From a virus (Duplodnaviria > Heunggongvirae > Uroviricota > Caudoviricetes), in IMG/VR virus record IMGVR_UViG_2917403263_000001: 50,015 bases of DNA. One strand, 5' to 3'. Positions 12,484 through 22,750 of this stretch are shown piece after piece. Below the pieces are notes generated by a model that was not told the DNA's origin, made no database searches, and saw nothing but the letters and a program-made list of their open reading frames with translations. Both the position numbers and the translations under genes were made by a program. Numbering within the stretch: the first letter of the stretch is position 1; every line of letters begins with the position of its first letter.

Positions 12484-13041
12484 TCAGAAACGGTAACCGA
12501 TACCAGCCATCCAGGTACCGACTTTCACATCACCCAACTTTGAGTATTCATAAGATGCATCAATTACCAGGTTTGGCATTGGGTTAATCTGGAAACCAGC
12601 ACCATACGCTGCAGAGGTTTTATCTGAAGATGCAGAAAATTCACCATCCCAGACATGAGCTTTTCCATATCCAAGACCAACCAGAGCATATGCACTCAGA
12701 TAGTCATTAAAACGATAGGACGGTCCAGCTGTCACGGAGAAATAATCAAGATCTCCAGATGCTAATTTGGTGTATTGTGGTTTTCCTTGAAGATCGGGAA
12801 CATAGCCATAAGCATCTTTGTTGTAATTGGTGTGCACAAAAGAACCTACCACACCCCAGTCGTTATTCAGTTCATAACGGTATTTAATATTAAAACCGTT
12901 CAGATCCTCGCTGGCACTATCAACTTTTGCATGGCTACGAGCATAACCAGCAGAAATAGTACTCTGCAGTAATTCAGCGTTTGCAATGCCAGTTGCAAAC
13001 AAAGTTGAAACTATAATGGTAGCCAACACTGCTTTCTTCAT
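12484..13041 (-). CDS. Ail/OmpX/Lom-family outer-membrane beta-barrel protein (moron inside the tail operon)
   Basis: 185 aa with a signal peptide (MKKAVLATIIVSTLFATGIANA), motifs GFNIKYRYE and SYEYS, and a terminal GIGYRF; has its own AT-rich upstream region and its own terminator. Confidence 0.85.
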   Translation of the reverse strand: MKKAVLATIIVSTLFATGIANAELLQSTISAGYARSHAKVDSASEDLNGFNIKYRYELNNDWGVVGSFVHTNYNKDAYGYVPDLQGKPQYTKLASGDLDYFSVTAGPSYRFNDYLSAYALVGLGYGKAHVWDGEFSASSDKTSAAYGAGFQINPMPNLVIDASYEYSKLGDVKVGTWMAGIGYRF

Positions 13042-13211
13042 AAAATTACCTTTTTTATAAAAACATTGTTACGACAGCAAAAATTAAGCTGTGCGGCACA
13101 CATTAAAATACCGAGTATATTTGAAAGTCAACTATCAATTTCGCACTAAATCATATATGTGCATTAAAAATATACGTAATAATATAATAAAGTCGACATT
13201 TACTAAATATC

Positions 13212-13542
13212 TTATTCATCAAAATCGTCAGTTCGTGAAAAATAATTATCATCGAGTGCGAAAATCACGGCTTCGAATTCATCACCGTCTATTAATATCG
13301 GGTGTGCTTTTAAATAGTCGTGTATGTCAGATATTGACAAAGGTAGCGGAATCCCGGGCATGCCTGCATAACGCCTGGAACGAGACATTACTGAATACGC
13401 ATACAATAACTCACGGACAACGGGGTCTATTTCTGGCTCCGGGAGGCGGCGGCAACCTGAGTTTTTCTCGCTTCCATCTTGCCTTTTCACCCTTTTCTCC
13501 CCCGAACTCCGATAACCACCGCTGGGCGGCTATGGCTTTTTT
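13212..13542 (-). pseudogene. T-extension of the tail assembly chaperone (GT frameshift product); frame apparently disturbed
   Basis: The -1 frame from the slippery site stays open for about 40 codons (AIAAQRWLSEFGGEKGEKARWKREKLRLPPPPG...). The remaining 80 codons (EPEIDPVVRELLYAYSVMS...) lie one frame off. Removing one base in the run at 13441-13443 joins them. Confidence 0.6.
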
Positions 13543-13991
13543 ATCGTATCCTGCTTCTGCTGCTCTTTACCTTGGGCGATGCTGGCTGCTTCTGCAAGGA
13601 TCTGCCAGTACAACTCCGGATTCTGCTTAAGCAGCGCGATCCCTCGTTCTGGCGTATATTCCAGTGCAACCTCAACACCATCAACCAGTTCACCAACCCC
13701 TTTCCAGTCTTTCAGCAGATAACGAGCGGCATTATCAATGAGTAAATCATCAACAGAATCCACCTCGGAAACCTTTGCAATATCAAACTCCTTCGTTCCG
13801 ACGTGCAAGCTGGCATCCATTTTCTCAATGTGGCGACGGATTAATGCATTACGGGAGCGATACTGATCGTTATCGCTGCTTGCCACCAACAGTTTTAACC
13901 CGTCTACAGGTTTTAAGTCCTTCATTGGGGTAAACCAGCGTTCTCCACCGATGATAATTTTCTGATTAAGAATAAACATCCATAACCTCAT
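13530..13991 (-). CDS. Tail assembly chaperone (gpG analogue)
   Basis: 153-aa acidic protein between the tail tube and tape measure genes; ends just after an A_AAA_AAG slippery heptamer. Confidence 0.8.
   Translation of the reverse strand: MRLWMFILNQKIIIGGERWFTPMKDLKPVDGLKLLVASSDNDQYRSRNALIRRHIEKMDASLHVGTKEFDIAKVSEVDSVDDLLIDNAARYLLKDWKGVGELVDGVEVALEYTPERGIALLKQNPELYWQILAEAASIAQGKEQQKQDTIKKP
13536..13542 (-). other. Programmed -1 ribosomal frameshift heptamer A_AAA_AAG (G/GT type)
   Basis: The minus strand reads ATA AAA AAG CCA TAG in the G frame, giving the heptamer in X_XXY_YYZ register two codons before the G stop. Confidence 0.75.
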
Positions 13992-14039
13992 TCAATGCGC
14001 CCCCCTGTAGTGCAGTACCACAGGGGGAATAACGGAAAA

Positions 14040-15002
14040 TCAACTAATCGCCTCAGCACTGGCTTTTGCGATCACGGCAGCCGGGGAGGCTTTTTTTCTG
14101 ATTATCGTAGGTGCTTCATCTGCTGCGGTAATGCTCAATTGAACCTGGATAATGTCGGTATTACCCCCATCAGGCCATTCACCTGACACCTGAACCTTCG
14201 GGAAACTGAAAGTGTATGCCCCCTCTCCATTCGAAAGCGTGAAGCTGAACGGAACTGTTTCTCCAGTCAGTGTTTTACTCCAGATTTCCCACGCAGCTTT
14301 AGACCATGAAAGCGTCACCGTACCGGACGGTGTAAAAGTAGTCGGGATATTTGCTCCTGCATAAGGCGAGCCAGTGCCGATACAACGCTGTGTCTGGAGT
14401 TTGTTATCGAACTGAATATCAAAACTGTCGATACAAAAACCGTTACCTCCGGCAACACCATTCAGGCTTACTGCTGAAACCTCCTTAAACGAATAACGTA
14501 GCTTTCCTGCACTATCCACAGGTTCGCCTTTGATAAAATTCGTATCATCGGCCTTTGATTCCCAGTCCAGCCCGGCAAAGGTTACGGTCGCCGTAATATC
14601 GCCGTCGTTAGGGATCTGCATTTTCCATGAGCCAACCTGCGCTCCTCTGACAACAGAGGCAATTCCGACATCGGACGCATAGGTCGCCAGAGAAAATGTT
14701 ATTCGCTCATTCCCCATTGTCAGAGAATCACCTGACCATTCCGCGCCGAAACAGGATGCAAGAAAATCATCATGTTGACCCCAGCGAAATTTGGTACCAA
14801 CATCACCGCCAACATCCACAGTGCCAGGCGTCGCCCCCTGAGCCATCCGGGAGCCACCAATCTCATTATTTTCGCCTTTATTCTGGGTGGGTTTTACTCC
14901 CCAGCTTGTGCGTTTTAATAAACTCCAGTCACCACTTGCTGGTGTGGTGCCTGCAACTGTCTCCCGGATAAATGCCGAGATAACCTTTGCACCTGAACTC
15001 AC
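14040..15002 (-). CDS. Major tail tube protein
   Basis: 320 aa; GTG start 5 nt after GGAGG; lies upstream of the chaperone pair. Confidence 0.75.
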   Translation of the reverse strand: MSSGAKVISAFIRETVAGTTPASGDWSLLKRTSWGVKPTQNKGENNEIGGSRMAQGATPGTVDVGGDVGTKFRWGQHDDFLASCFGAEWSGDSLTMGNERITFSLATYASDVGIASVVRGAQVGSWKMQIPNDGDITATVTFAGLDWESKADDTNFIKGEPVDSAGKLRYSFKEVSAVSLNGVAGGNGFCIDSFDIQFDNKLQTQRCIGTGSPYAGANIPTTFTPSGTVTLSWSKAAWEIWSKTLTGETVPFSFTLSNGEGAYTFSFPKVQVSGEWPDGGNTDIIQVQLSITAADEAPTIIRKKASPAAVIAKASAEAIS

Positions 15003-15028
15003 AGGAGCCTCCTATGTCATTAATTGCG

Positions 15029-15421
15029 CTAGAGCGCGCGATATGGAATTTGAAGATTAAGCTGGAACCAGCCATTCTTTTCGCCAACGGTTATTGAGGA
15101 AACAGCCTGGTAACTGAGACGGTCGTCATCCTGAAACTCAAACAGTTCCCGCAATTTATCGGCTGTCTCAGTAATGAGTTTTGAACCAGAACCTGCGGGG
15201 ACAAATAACTGAATAATGATTATCCCCGTGCGATAAACAACCGGCCCCGCGCCAATTTCATTAACTCCAGCCTGCCCGGGAATATTACTTAAACGCGCCC
15301 AGATTAACTTACCGGAAGGATCGAACGTTGGCCCGTTCGGATACAATACGTCTTTTCCATCAATAACCGTCTGTGCCGTCATTCTGGAAATGACCGTATT
15401 TCTGATTTCAGTAAACGTCAT
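15029..15421 (-). CDS. Tail terminator / tail completion protein (gpU-like, DUF4128-like)
   Basis: 130 aa; position between the neck genes and the tail tube gene. Confidence 0.6.
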   Translation of the reverse strand: MTFTEIRNTVISRMTAQTVIDGKDVLYPNGPTFDPSGKLIWARLSNIPGQAGVNEIGAGPVVYRTGIIIIQLFVPAGSGSKLITETADKLRELFEFQDDDRLSYQAVSSITVGEKNGWFQLNLQIPYRAL

Positions 15422-15798
15422 TTGTAAGCCTGTAAAACACCATTAAAAGCGTTGGCATACACGCCTGTTGGCGCTTGTTGTGAATGACCGTTTTCAAGAG
15501 CCTCTGCATAAGGAAGGTTATTCTGGATATAAATAATTCCGTAATTTGCAGCTTTCGAAATAACCCCGATCCCACGCTGAACCGCAATCGTACCGTTCGG
15601 ATCCACGTTATCAGATATACCAAAATCGGGATACTGTAACGACACAATGTTGTTATTTCTGAAACGCCCGGTATCAACCGGAGCAGCAATATCAATAGCA
15701 GTAAGAATCTGAATAGCGATGTAGCGAATTTTCAGCCCCACATCTTCCTCAATCATCCCGGCAAATATTGACGGTTCGATATCCCATGCCTTTGCCAT
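15418..15798 (-). CDS. HK97 gp10-family head-tail joining protein
   Basis: 126 aa with PVDTGRFRNN and LPYAEALENG motifs typical of the gp10 family; ATGA-type coupling to neighbours. Confidence 0.7.
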   Translation of the reverse strand: MAKAWDIEPSIFAGMIEEDVGLKIRYIAIQILTAIDIAAPVDTGRFRNNNIVSLQYPDFGISDNVDPNGTIAVQRGIGVISKAANYGIIYIQNNLPYAEALENGHSQQAPTGVYANAFNGVLQAYK

Positions 15799-16185
15799 TT
15801 ACGCTCTCCTTAACTGGATTGAGTAAACTGATGCGGAAGGATCTACACTCGCTGTAATTACCTCGTATCGTTGCAACTGCCTTGATACAGAATCATAAAT
15901 CTCAATAATATGGCCGACAGCGGGTTTATCCGTAACCTCGCATACCAGAGCAGTTAATTTAAGGTCACCATGCAAAATATTAATCCCATCAATTCTGCCC
16001 AGCTTATAACGCGTCAACACGCCTCGCCCGGTATAGGTTGCTGTGGATTCGCCGCCAGTTTCAGTCACAGGATCCCAGTTCCGGTGTGTAACGTAAGAAC
16101 CAGAAAAATCACTCACGACGTCTGCTAAATCCTCATCAAAAGCAGCGGCAACCTCTGACTGAATCTCTTCACGAAGCCCCATCAT
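15799..16185 (-). CDS. Head closure / head-tail adaptor protein
   Basis: 128 aa; position and size in the neck module; abuts the neighbouring genes. Confidence 0.55.
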   Translation of the reverse strand: MMGLREEIQSEVAAAFDEDLADVVSDFSGSYVTHRNWDPVTETGGESTATYTGRGVLTRYKLGRIDGINILHGDLKLTALVCEVTDKPAVGHIIEIYDSVSRQLQRYEVITASVDPSASVYSIQLRRA

Positions 16186-16577
16186 CCCCCCCTCACAACC
16201 CTGACTTGTGAGCGACTAAGTCCGTACGGTTTCAGCAGTGCTATCGCAAGCTGTAAATCGGGTTCAAGCAATGCAGTGCTGTTTGCTGGCAATTCAGCAA
16301 ATGATTTCGATACACTGACCCCGTCAGCCGACACGGCTTTACTGATAACAACGCCAGAATCATTTTTCTGCTGAAACAACTTACCGACAGAGGCAATTCT
16401 GGCTGCATATGCTCCCGCAAGTTTTACCTCTTCCGGAATACGGGATGGGTTAATTTTCAGGCTGAAGCCATTAAGCCAGGCATTAGCCATTAAAACAGCT
16501 TTATTTTTAGCGTTCTCACTCGTCCAGGCGTTCCCAAACGCATTATCAACGTCATCACAGGTCACGTAAGTGATCAT
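16182..16577 (-). CDS. Head-tail connector protein (gp6-like)
   Basis: 131 aa; position in the neck module; 4-nt overlap with the next gene. Confidence 0.55.
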   Translation of the reverse strand: MITYVTCDDVDNAFGNAWTSENAKNKAVLMANAWLNGFSLKINPSRIPEEVKLAGAYAARIASVGKLFQQKNDSGVVISKAVSADGVSVSKSFAELPANSTALLEPDLQLAIALLKPYGLSRSQVRVVRGG

Positions 16578-16580
16578 GTG

Positions 16581-16793
16581 TTACTCCTGAGTTTTCCAGC
16601 CCAGAGCCTTCCAGTTGTCAACTTCATCAGGATGAACATTAGCGATAGTTGGTGCACCGGGAAACATCTGATAATCGGTCACCATAACCACTAACTCAAT
16701 TTGCGTTTTTTGTGGCTCCTGAATTTGCTCCACCACTGCATTTTTTTGCGCGGCTTCACGCTGTGCTCTTTGCTCTTTAGTTAATCCGGCCAT
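16581..16793 (-). CDS. Small head-module protein, function unknown
   Basis: 70-aa ORF packed tightly between the capsid terminator and the connector gene. Confidence 0.5.
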   Translation of the reverse strand: MAGLTKEQRAQREAAQKNAVVEQIQEPQKTQIELVVMVTDYQMFPGAPTIANVHPDEVDNWKALGWKTQE

Positions 16794-16805
16794 ATACCCT
16801 CCATT

Positions 16806-16826
16806 AAAAATGGGGCCGAAGCCCCG
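16806..16826 (-). terminator. Hairpin / partial terminator after the major capsid gene
   Basis: Minus strand reads GGGGC-TTCG-GCCCC then ATTTTT. Confidence 0.6.
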
Positions 16827-16835
16827 TTTGGATGT

Positions 16836-17975
16836 TTAACCAAGAATCAGACAACCATGTGCCGGTTTCACTGACGAAACACCCCATGCCAGTCCAACTT
16901 CATAGCGCACCTGGCGATACTGACGATACAGTGCAATCTGGAACGTAATCCCTGAAATCGGGTCCGTAACATTCATTACATCATCAGCATTATCGCCACC
17001 TTCCGGCATTGCCGGAGTACGGGATGCCAGCAGAAACGCGTTGCGATCAAACGCCATATTTGCAGTAAAGGAGCCAACAACTGTGATTGCAGTATCATCG
17101 GCCAGATCCTGACGTAGTCCCGGCGCTGCAAGAGTAATCAGATTGCTGGTCGCTGCTGCCACAACATACTGATTCGGATCGCCAGCGAACGTAACAATCT
17201 GACCTGCAGAAATACTCCCCGAACCAGTATCAATGGAAATAAGAACATCGCCTTCTTTTTTCTCGCCATTCACTAGATAACCAGTTGCAGCAACCTTTGG
17301 CGCTCGTTTTACACCTGCCGAACTGTGAATATTGAATCCCTCCAGACGCCCCAACACGCCCTCACGCAGTAGCTGTTCAGTGCCGGATTCATTCACTTTA
17401 AACAATACAGACTGTTTTCCGCGCAAATTAGCAATGGCAGTGGAACCAAGCACCATCTGCAGATCTGTTGTCGGTGCGCCGTTATCCTCCAGAACCTGAC
17501 GAGCCAGAGCAGCATCAGAAAGATCATCTTTAACACCAAATGGCGTTGTCCCTGCGGTTCCCACGGCGCGGGAAGCACCGAAATACAACGCACCAAGATC
17601 AGCCTCAACCTCGTTTGCAAGGGCGCGAAAAGCCTGCTTGAACTGATCAGCCAGAATGGTGTTGTAAGTCCCTGAAGGGCCAAGAGCCAGTTGTTCTTCA
17701 CCATTCCATTTAACCGGCGCCATTTTGGATTTAGTAATTTTTACATCAACAGTGCCAATATTTTGATCACCGGTATTCGGAGCTGACGGCCCCGGTACGA
17801 TATCTTCGGTTTTCGCCTCAGGCGCAACTGGCGCGGTTACCGTCTGATCTTTTGCTGCGGCGTCAGCTTTTGCGTTTTTTGCTACCGCAGGGATAAAACC
17901 CACCTGCTCACGGGATACAACATCCAGGGCGGTGTAAATAGTCGGGATCAACCCGGTCAGGGTATTTCCAGCCAT
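16836..17975 (-). CDS. Major capsid protein
   Basis: Start chosen at MAGNTLTGLIPTIYTALD... after AAGGAA; 379 aa; lies after the scaffold gene and is followed by a strong hairpin. Confidence 0.8.
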   Translation of the reverse strand: MAGNTLTGLIPTIYTALDVVSREQVGFIPAVAKNAKADAAAKDQTVTAPVAPEAKTEDIVPGPSAPNTGDQNIGTVDVKITKSKMAPVKWNGEEQLALGPSGTYNTILADQFKQAFRALANEVEADLGALYFGASRAVGTAGTTPFGVKDDLSDAALARQVLEDNGAPTTDLQMVLGSTAIANLRGKQSVLFKVNESGTEQLLREGVLGRLEGFNIHSSAGVKRAPKVAATGYLVNGEKKEGDVLISIDTGSGSISAGQIVTFAGDPNQYVVAAATSNLITLAAPGLRQDLADDTAITVVGSFTANMAFDRNAFLLASRTPAMPEGGDNADDVMNVTDPISGITFQIALYRQYRQVRYEVGLAWGVSSVKPAHGCLILG

Positions 17976-18073
17976 AATTAAATATTCCTTAAAAATTTGC
18001 GTAATTGTGTATGGATTGAGTAGTGAGCTATCCAGCCCTGACACCAGCTCCCATCCGGAAGCTGGCAAATGTA

Positions 18074-18838
18074 TTAATCAACGATTGTGATACCGTCTTT
18101 CAGTGCGTTTTGCTTACCTGCAACATCCAGTGCATCAAAAGCAGAGCGTTTCATCGTTTTCTGACCAATATCATGCTGTGTTGGACGGGAACCGCCGCCA
18201 TTGTTGCCACTGGCTTTCAGGATGTAGTCTTTCTGAGGGTAATTTTCGACGAGGAACTCCAGCGCCTCATCAAACTGCGCCAGTTCTCCTGGCTTCGCGC
18301 GGGAATAAATTTTGTTGCCGGAAGCGTCATAAGCAACGATCTTCCCTTCTTCCACTTTGAATGCCTGTCCGAAGCGGGCTTGTAATAAATCTGCCGGGAT
18401 CGCAATTTTATCGGCAATATATTTTGAACCCGCAAAACTACCGCCAATCATAGAATCGTAAAGCTGCTTCTCCAGCATCTGAGAGCGTTGCTTTTCTTCA
18501 TCTAATTGCTGCTGAAAATTTTTCGTAATTTCTGCCTTAACCTGGTCAACCTGTCCCGCATCGATCAGCTTTTTCTGGTCGATTTTTGACAGCATTTCCA
18601 GTGCCTCAATCGCCTTCTTCGGGTCTTCGATAGCGGCAAACTTAGCCAGTTTTTCCTCTGCAGCTTCTTTAGCCAGGCGATGATTTTTTGCCTCGCCATT
18701 AAGCTCTGTAATTTTTTTTGTCGCCAGCGGTGCATCGAAGCCGATTTCTTTACCATCGTCGTGCACATAGACTGGCAGGCCAGCAGTATCAATTTCTGCG
18801 TATTGTTTTCCGTTAATCTCGACCGTTTTCAGTTTCAT
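18074..18838 (-). CDS. Scaffolding protein
   Basis: 254 aa from MKLKTVEING...; helical and charged; lies immediately upstream of the capsid gene. Confidence 0.65.
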   Translation of the reverse strand: MKLKTVEINGKQYAEIDTAGLPVYVHDDGKEIGFDAPLATKKITELNGEAKNHRLAKEAAEEKLAKFAAIEDPKKAIEALEMLSKIDQKKLIDAGQVDQVKAEITKNFQQQLDEEKQRSQMLEKQLYDSMIGGSFAGSKYIADKIAIPADLLQARFGQAFKVEEGKIVAYDASGNKIYSRAKPGELAQFDEALEFLVENYPQKDYILKASGNNGGGSRPTQHDIGQKTMKRSAFDALDVAGKQNALKDGITIVD

Positions 18839-18942
18839 ATTAGTACCTGGTTTAAGTCTTCCGACAGTTACGCTGCTCACCATCCGGATCGCAGCAATAA
18901 AAAAGGCCACCCGAAGGTAGCCTGTTGTAATAAATGATTTAT

Positions 18943-20058
18943 TTAAATCCCTGCTTTTCTGAATGCCTGTGCATCACGCTCTCGGAGTTGCTTCAGCGTC
19001 AGCCACTCGCCTTTATCGGTGTAAAATTCATCTGGCGACATACCACCATCCCGAATCAGCTTTGCCCGGGTTTCCCCCACAATCTGTTTTTGTCTGGTGT
19101 AAGGCTGGCGCAAAAACCATTCCCTGTAGGTTGTATCTCCGGCCACCACGCCATCCATGCTGGCCCGCTCAGCCGGGGAAATATCACGAACATCAATACC
19201 CAGTTCCTTCGCTGATTTCAGAATGAACGTTTCCGTTGAGCGACAGCAGAAATGAATTTTCCCCGGCCCCTGCAAATAAGGCACGCTGTGACCTACAGGT
19301 TTATTATCCAGCGTATATTTGAGGCGATCCCTGATTCGACATTGTGGCGTAGTACGATTATCAAGCGTTGATAACCATTGCTTACCCTTAATCAAATCAT
19401 TATTCGCGCTGGCAAAACTCTCACGGGCAGTAGCAGCAAGATGTCCAACCGCTGTTTTTGCAATGCTGGCCGCATTAGCCCGACTCATCTGCAATGCACC
19501 GTCCTGAAATCCCTTACTGACATGTCCCCGAATTTTTCTTGCGATCTGCTCATTGGTATCCCCCAACAAAAAACCCTGACGCACCGTATTTGTTATGCGT
19601 CTGAGCCGATCCGCCTCAAGATCTGAGGCCCACTCACTGAGCAGTCGTCCCTGGAATGGTCGCGCCATTGCAGCGGCATAAAGTGCATCAGGTGAGATAC
19701 CAACCAGAGGGTGAACATCAGCAACAAAATCAGGTAGCAGAGAATCAAACAGACTTAACTGATAACCAGCCTCATAAACTGCCAGCTCGTTCAGCTCTCC
19801 GGAGAGACTGGTAAACATACTGTTAATCGCAGCGCGGTTAACCTCTCTGACACTCGCCAGAAGTGACTCTAGGCGCGTAACGGTAAAACTACCTGGATCG
19901 AGGCTGTCCAGAGCCACCAGCAGGCGAGCTGTAAGCTCCGCATCACTGTCATTCAGTGTTTTCACCATTCTGGCAGCCACACCAGTGCTATAGCGGGATA
20001 CCCAGACTGCATGAGCAATTGATTCATCACGCAGCCGTTCATTCACGGTTTGCATCAT
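18943..20058 (-). CDS. Head morphogenesis protein (Mu F / SPP1 gp7 family)
   Basis: 371 aa; position after the portal gene; conserved-looking core ...VRQGFLLGDTNEQIARKIRG... Confidence 0.7.
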   Translation of the reverse strand: MMQTVNERLRDESIAHAVWVSRYSTGVAARMVKTLNDSDAELTARLLVALDSLDPGSFTVTRLESLLASVREVNRAAINSMFTSLSGELNELAVYEAGYQLSLFDSLLPDFVADVHPLVGISPDALYAAAMARPFQGRLLSEWASDLEADRLRRITNTVRQGFLLGDTNEQIARKIRGHVSKGFQDGALQMSRANAASIAKTAVGHLAATARESFASANNDLIKGKQWLSTLDNRTTPQCRIRDRLKYTLDNKPVGHSVPYLQGPGKIHFCCRSTETFILKSAKELGIDVRDISPAERASMDGVVAGDTTYREWFLRQPYTRQKQIVGETRAKLIRDGGMSPDEFYTDKGEWLTLKQLRERDAQAFRKAGI

Positions 20059-21446
20059 TGATATCCATCAGCATCACACTCTGATTTTTTAATTCATCGA
20101 TCACTTCCTCTGGACGGGAATCCTGATCAATAAATTTCAACGCCTGCAACACCCGAACCGCATCAATCTGACGTATATCACCGCCCTGACGCAATGACTG
20201 AACAGCCAGCGCGGAGGATGAGTCAAACACCTGGGCAGATACATCCAGTTCAGTGCGCACATCCACATTGCCGCCGCAACTCTCTCCGATCCATTCCGCC
20301 ATTATCTGGAGAATATTATCGAGGGCATCTTCGAGGGAGTTCGCCATTGTATAAAGCGGCGAGTTTTCCTGCATCCGCTCTTCATTAGTCTGATCAACAG
20401 ATTTGGTGGATGTATTTTCAGCCCGCAGAAGTTTAGCGCCGGCATGACGCATCTGATTTTCCAGCTTCTCCAGTTGAGGTTTCGCCAGATTCTATCGCTG
20501 CCCCACTATGTTCAACATATTCGAGGCCATTTTTTGTTCTGTCCTCAAAAATCGTAGCGGTGGATGCACCAACCGTCAGTTCTTCATTTCTGTCCAGCCC
20601 GTAGGCCACCAGCAATGGGACGCGGGCAACATGAAGAATATTGTCCTGCTCGCTCTGGCTTTGCCAGTGCTTGATATTCAACAAGCCAAGATTAAGCAAT
20701 GGCGGTGTACCACGCATAAACCCGATGCGCTTCGTGTACAACGTAACCAGGGGAATATCATCACGGCTGGTATCCCATGACTCGTGAAGCGCCCAGACAG
20801 ATTCGCCATTAGTACCTTCGCTGCGTCGATAAATTTCAACGCGACGGGGCATAATATGGCGGATCTGCTCCACCTTCTTCTGCCCGAAATCATCACCATC
20901 AACAATGATGACCTCTTTTATACGCAAATCAGTAAGAACAACTTTCCCTTTTTCAACTTTCGATTTCCATCCAATAACCTGGCGTGGATTCAGCATCGTA
21001 ACGTATGGGCGACCACCAGCCGCATTTTCATCGGCTTTTGTCCGGATCTCCTTCATATCCGTTCGTGGATAGTCCACCAGCGCATGTGCCACACCATACT
21101 GAAATGCGAGGCTGAAAAATTGCTGCGCCCACACATCCAGTCGGCTCCCCTCCATGTCGATATTTTCTGCATATTCCCTGATTTTTTCCGGCGTTTCCTC
21201 ACTCAATACTGTCGGCTCTGCAAATATGCGTCCAATATTTTGCTTAATGCTTTCTTCATACACAGGAAGTAGCGTAGCCACAGACAGGCGTTTTTTATAA
21301 GCGTCTTCATCTTCGTTAGGCCATTTGGGGAGATAAATTCCCCCCTGCCTGCGCATTTCAAGCGTACCGCCCATCAGTGCGTCATTAATATCCCACGCCT
21401 CCAGCATATCGTTATAGTCGAGGTTGGGTGTTGATATATCAGCCAT
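20039..21446 (-). pseudogene. Portal protein, split by a frameshift (337-aa and 137-aa ORFs)
   Basis: The two ORFs overlap at 20433-20452. The downstream frame is open back to a TAG at 20492-20494 and reads ...PQLEKLENQMRHAGAKLL. The combined size of about 470 aa, directly after TerL, fits a portal protein. Confidence 0.75.
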
Positions 21447-21448
21447 AA

Positions 21449-22750
21449 TTAAATCCGAAGTGATGTGACTCTTCCGGTCGGTTTGACAATAGGGAATTGC
21501 TTAACGATGAAATAACCTCCGGCATCATTCGGGTGATCGTTGCCAGATTTTTTATCAGGCTCCCCTTTATCATCCCAGACCTGTTGCTCCAGAGATTCGG
21601 CATATACCGGACAACGCTTCACATTAACTTTATAGCGACGCTCGCCATTGGCATTGCAGAACATTGCATTCATTGAGTTAACGCGATCTTTTACTGGCGG
21701 GTTCGAGTTGTTCACCACAACGTTAAAACCAGCCTGCTTAAGCTGAGCTATATCCGTCGTACTTGCGTTACTTGATTTTCTGGAATCTCCGGAAGCATCT
21801 GGATAAATATAAATCTCCCTCACTTTCCGATAATCATTCCCGTCATACAGCCAGAAGCGTTCTTTAATGATGCGAATCATATCCGGCGTATCGTAGGCAT
21901 TGATGATTTCAGTTACCGCACATGGAAGACCCAAACGCAGCACATGGATGATCCCCGCCATCTTTCCAACGTTAAAATCCATCCCAATATAAATCGGCTC
22001 CCCTGGCTGCTCCACTTCTTCGCAATTATTCAGTTTCCGGTCAAACTGATGGTAAACCGTACCACTTGTCAGGTTAGTAAACTGTCCTCGAAGATAGGCT
22101 TTAATCAGCTCTGGAGGGTATGATTCAAGAAGCGAAGGAATGTAATCTGCTGGCAGGTTCTTTTCATTATCGAAAGTAGATGCCTGCACCAAACCATACA
22201 GTGAGGCCAGCTCTGTTTTTTCACGCACGGCTTTAACAAACTGCTCGTAGACAAATTTGAATCCTTCCGGCGTGGTTGTAACGTCAATACCGTTGCGAAG
22301 TCCATCAACCTTATAACGCATACGCGCAATTATCTTGCGCCACGCTGTTCTGGCTTTTTCCTTCGGCAAAATGTCCAGTTCATCCACCAGTGCATTACCA
22401 ATTTTGAAACCGACGATCGTTTGCGGCTTCTCCATCGATCTGCAGATAGTGGTTCCCCGATACTGACGTCCGTAATAAAAATGAACCTCTTTATTTCCCT
22501 CATTAATTTTTACGTTCAATCCCCAGTCAGCAGCAACTTCTTCCACTGTAGGGTAAAAAATATCGCGAATTTGGGGATACGTTGGCGCAAAATATCCCTG
22601 ATTTATACCTGGATGCTCCCAAATCCCTTTGCATATGCCGCCACACCCAACCCATGTTTTACCCGAGCCAAAACCAGCAATATAGGCTTTAAATTTATGG
22701 GGCATTGAAAGAAATCGCGCCTGAGGCACATTAAGCGTCGGAGAGATCAT
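21449..22750 (-). CDS. Terminase large subunit
   Basis: Start chosen at MISPTLNV... (AAGGAG 8 nt upstream); Walker A motif GFGSGKTW; 433 aa. Confidence 0.85.
   Translation of the reverse strand: MISPTLNVPQARFLSMPHKFKAYIAGFGSGKTWVGCGGICKGIWEHPGINQGYFAPTYPQIRDIFYPTVEEVAADWGLNVKINEGNKEVHFYYGRQYRGTTICRSMEKPQTIVGFKIGNALVDELDILPKEKARTAWRKIIARMRYKVDGLRNGIDVTTTPEGFKFVYEQFVKAVREKTELASLYGLVQASTFDNEKNLPADYIPSLLESYPPELIKAYLRGQFTNLTSGTVYHQFDRKLNNCEEVEQPGEPIYIGMDFNVGKMAGIIHVLRLGLPCAVTEIINAYDTPDMIRIIKERFWLYDGNDYRKVREIYIYPDASGDSRKSSNASTTDIAQLKQAGFNVVVNNSNPPVKDRVNSMNAMFCNANGERRYKVNVKRCPVYAESLEQQVWDDKGEPDKKSGNDHPNDAGGYFIVKQFPIVKPTGRVTSLRI

Noticed and set aside
13091-13630. 179-aa plus-strand ORF
   Set aside because: It starts in the AT-rich promoter region of the OMP moron and runs antisense through the T and G chaperone genes. 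It has no RBS and a low-complexity translation.
20433-20452. Portal ORF overlap as a possible programmed frameshift
   Set aside because: There is no slippery heptamer or downstream structure, and portals are not known to need recoding. The same +1 signature is seen in six other genes, so an indel is more likely.
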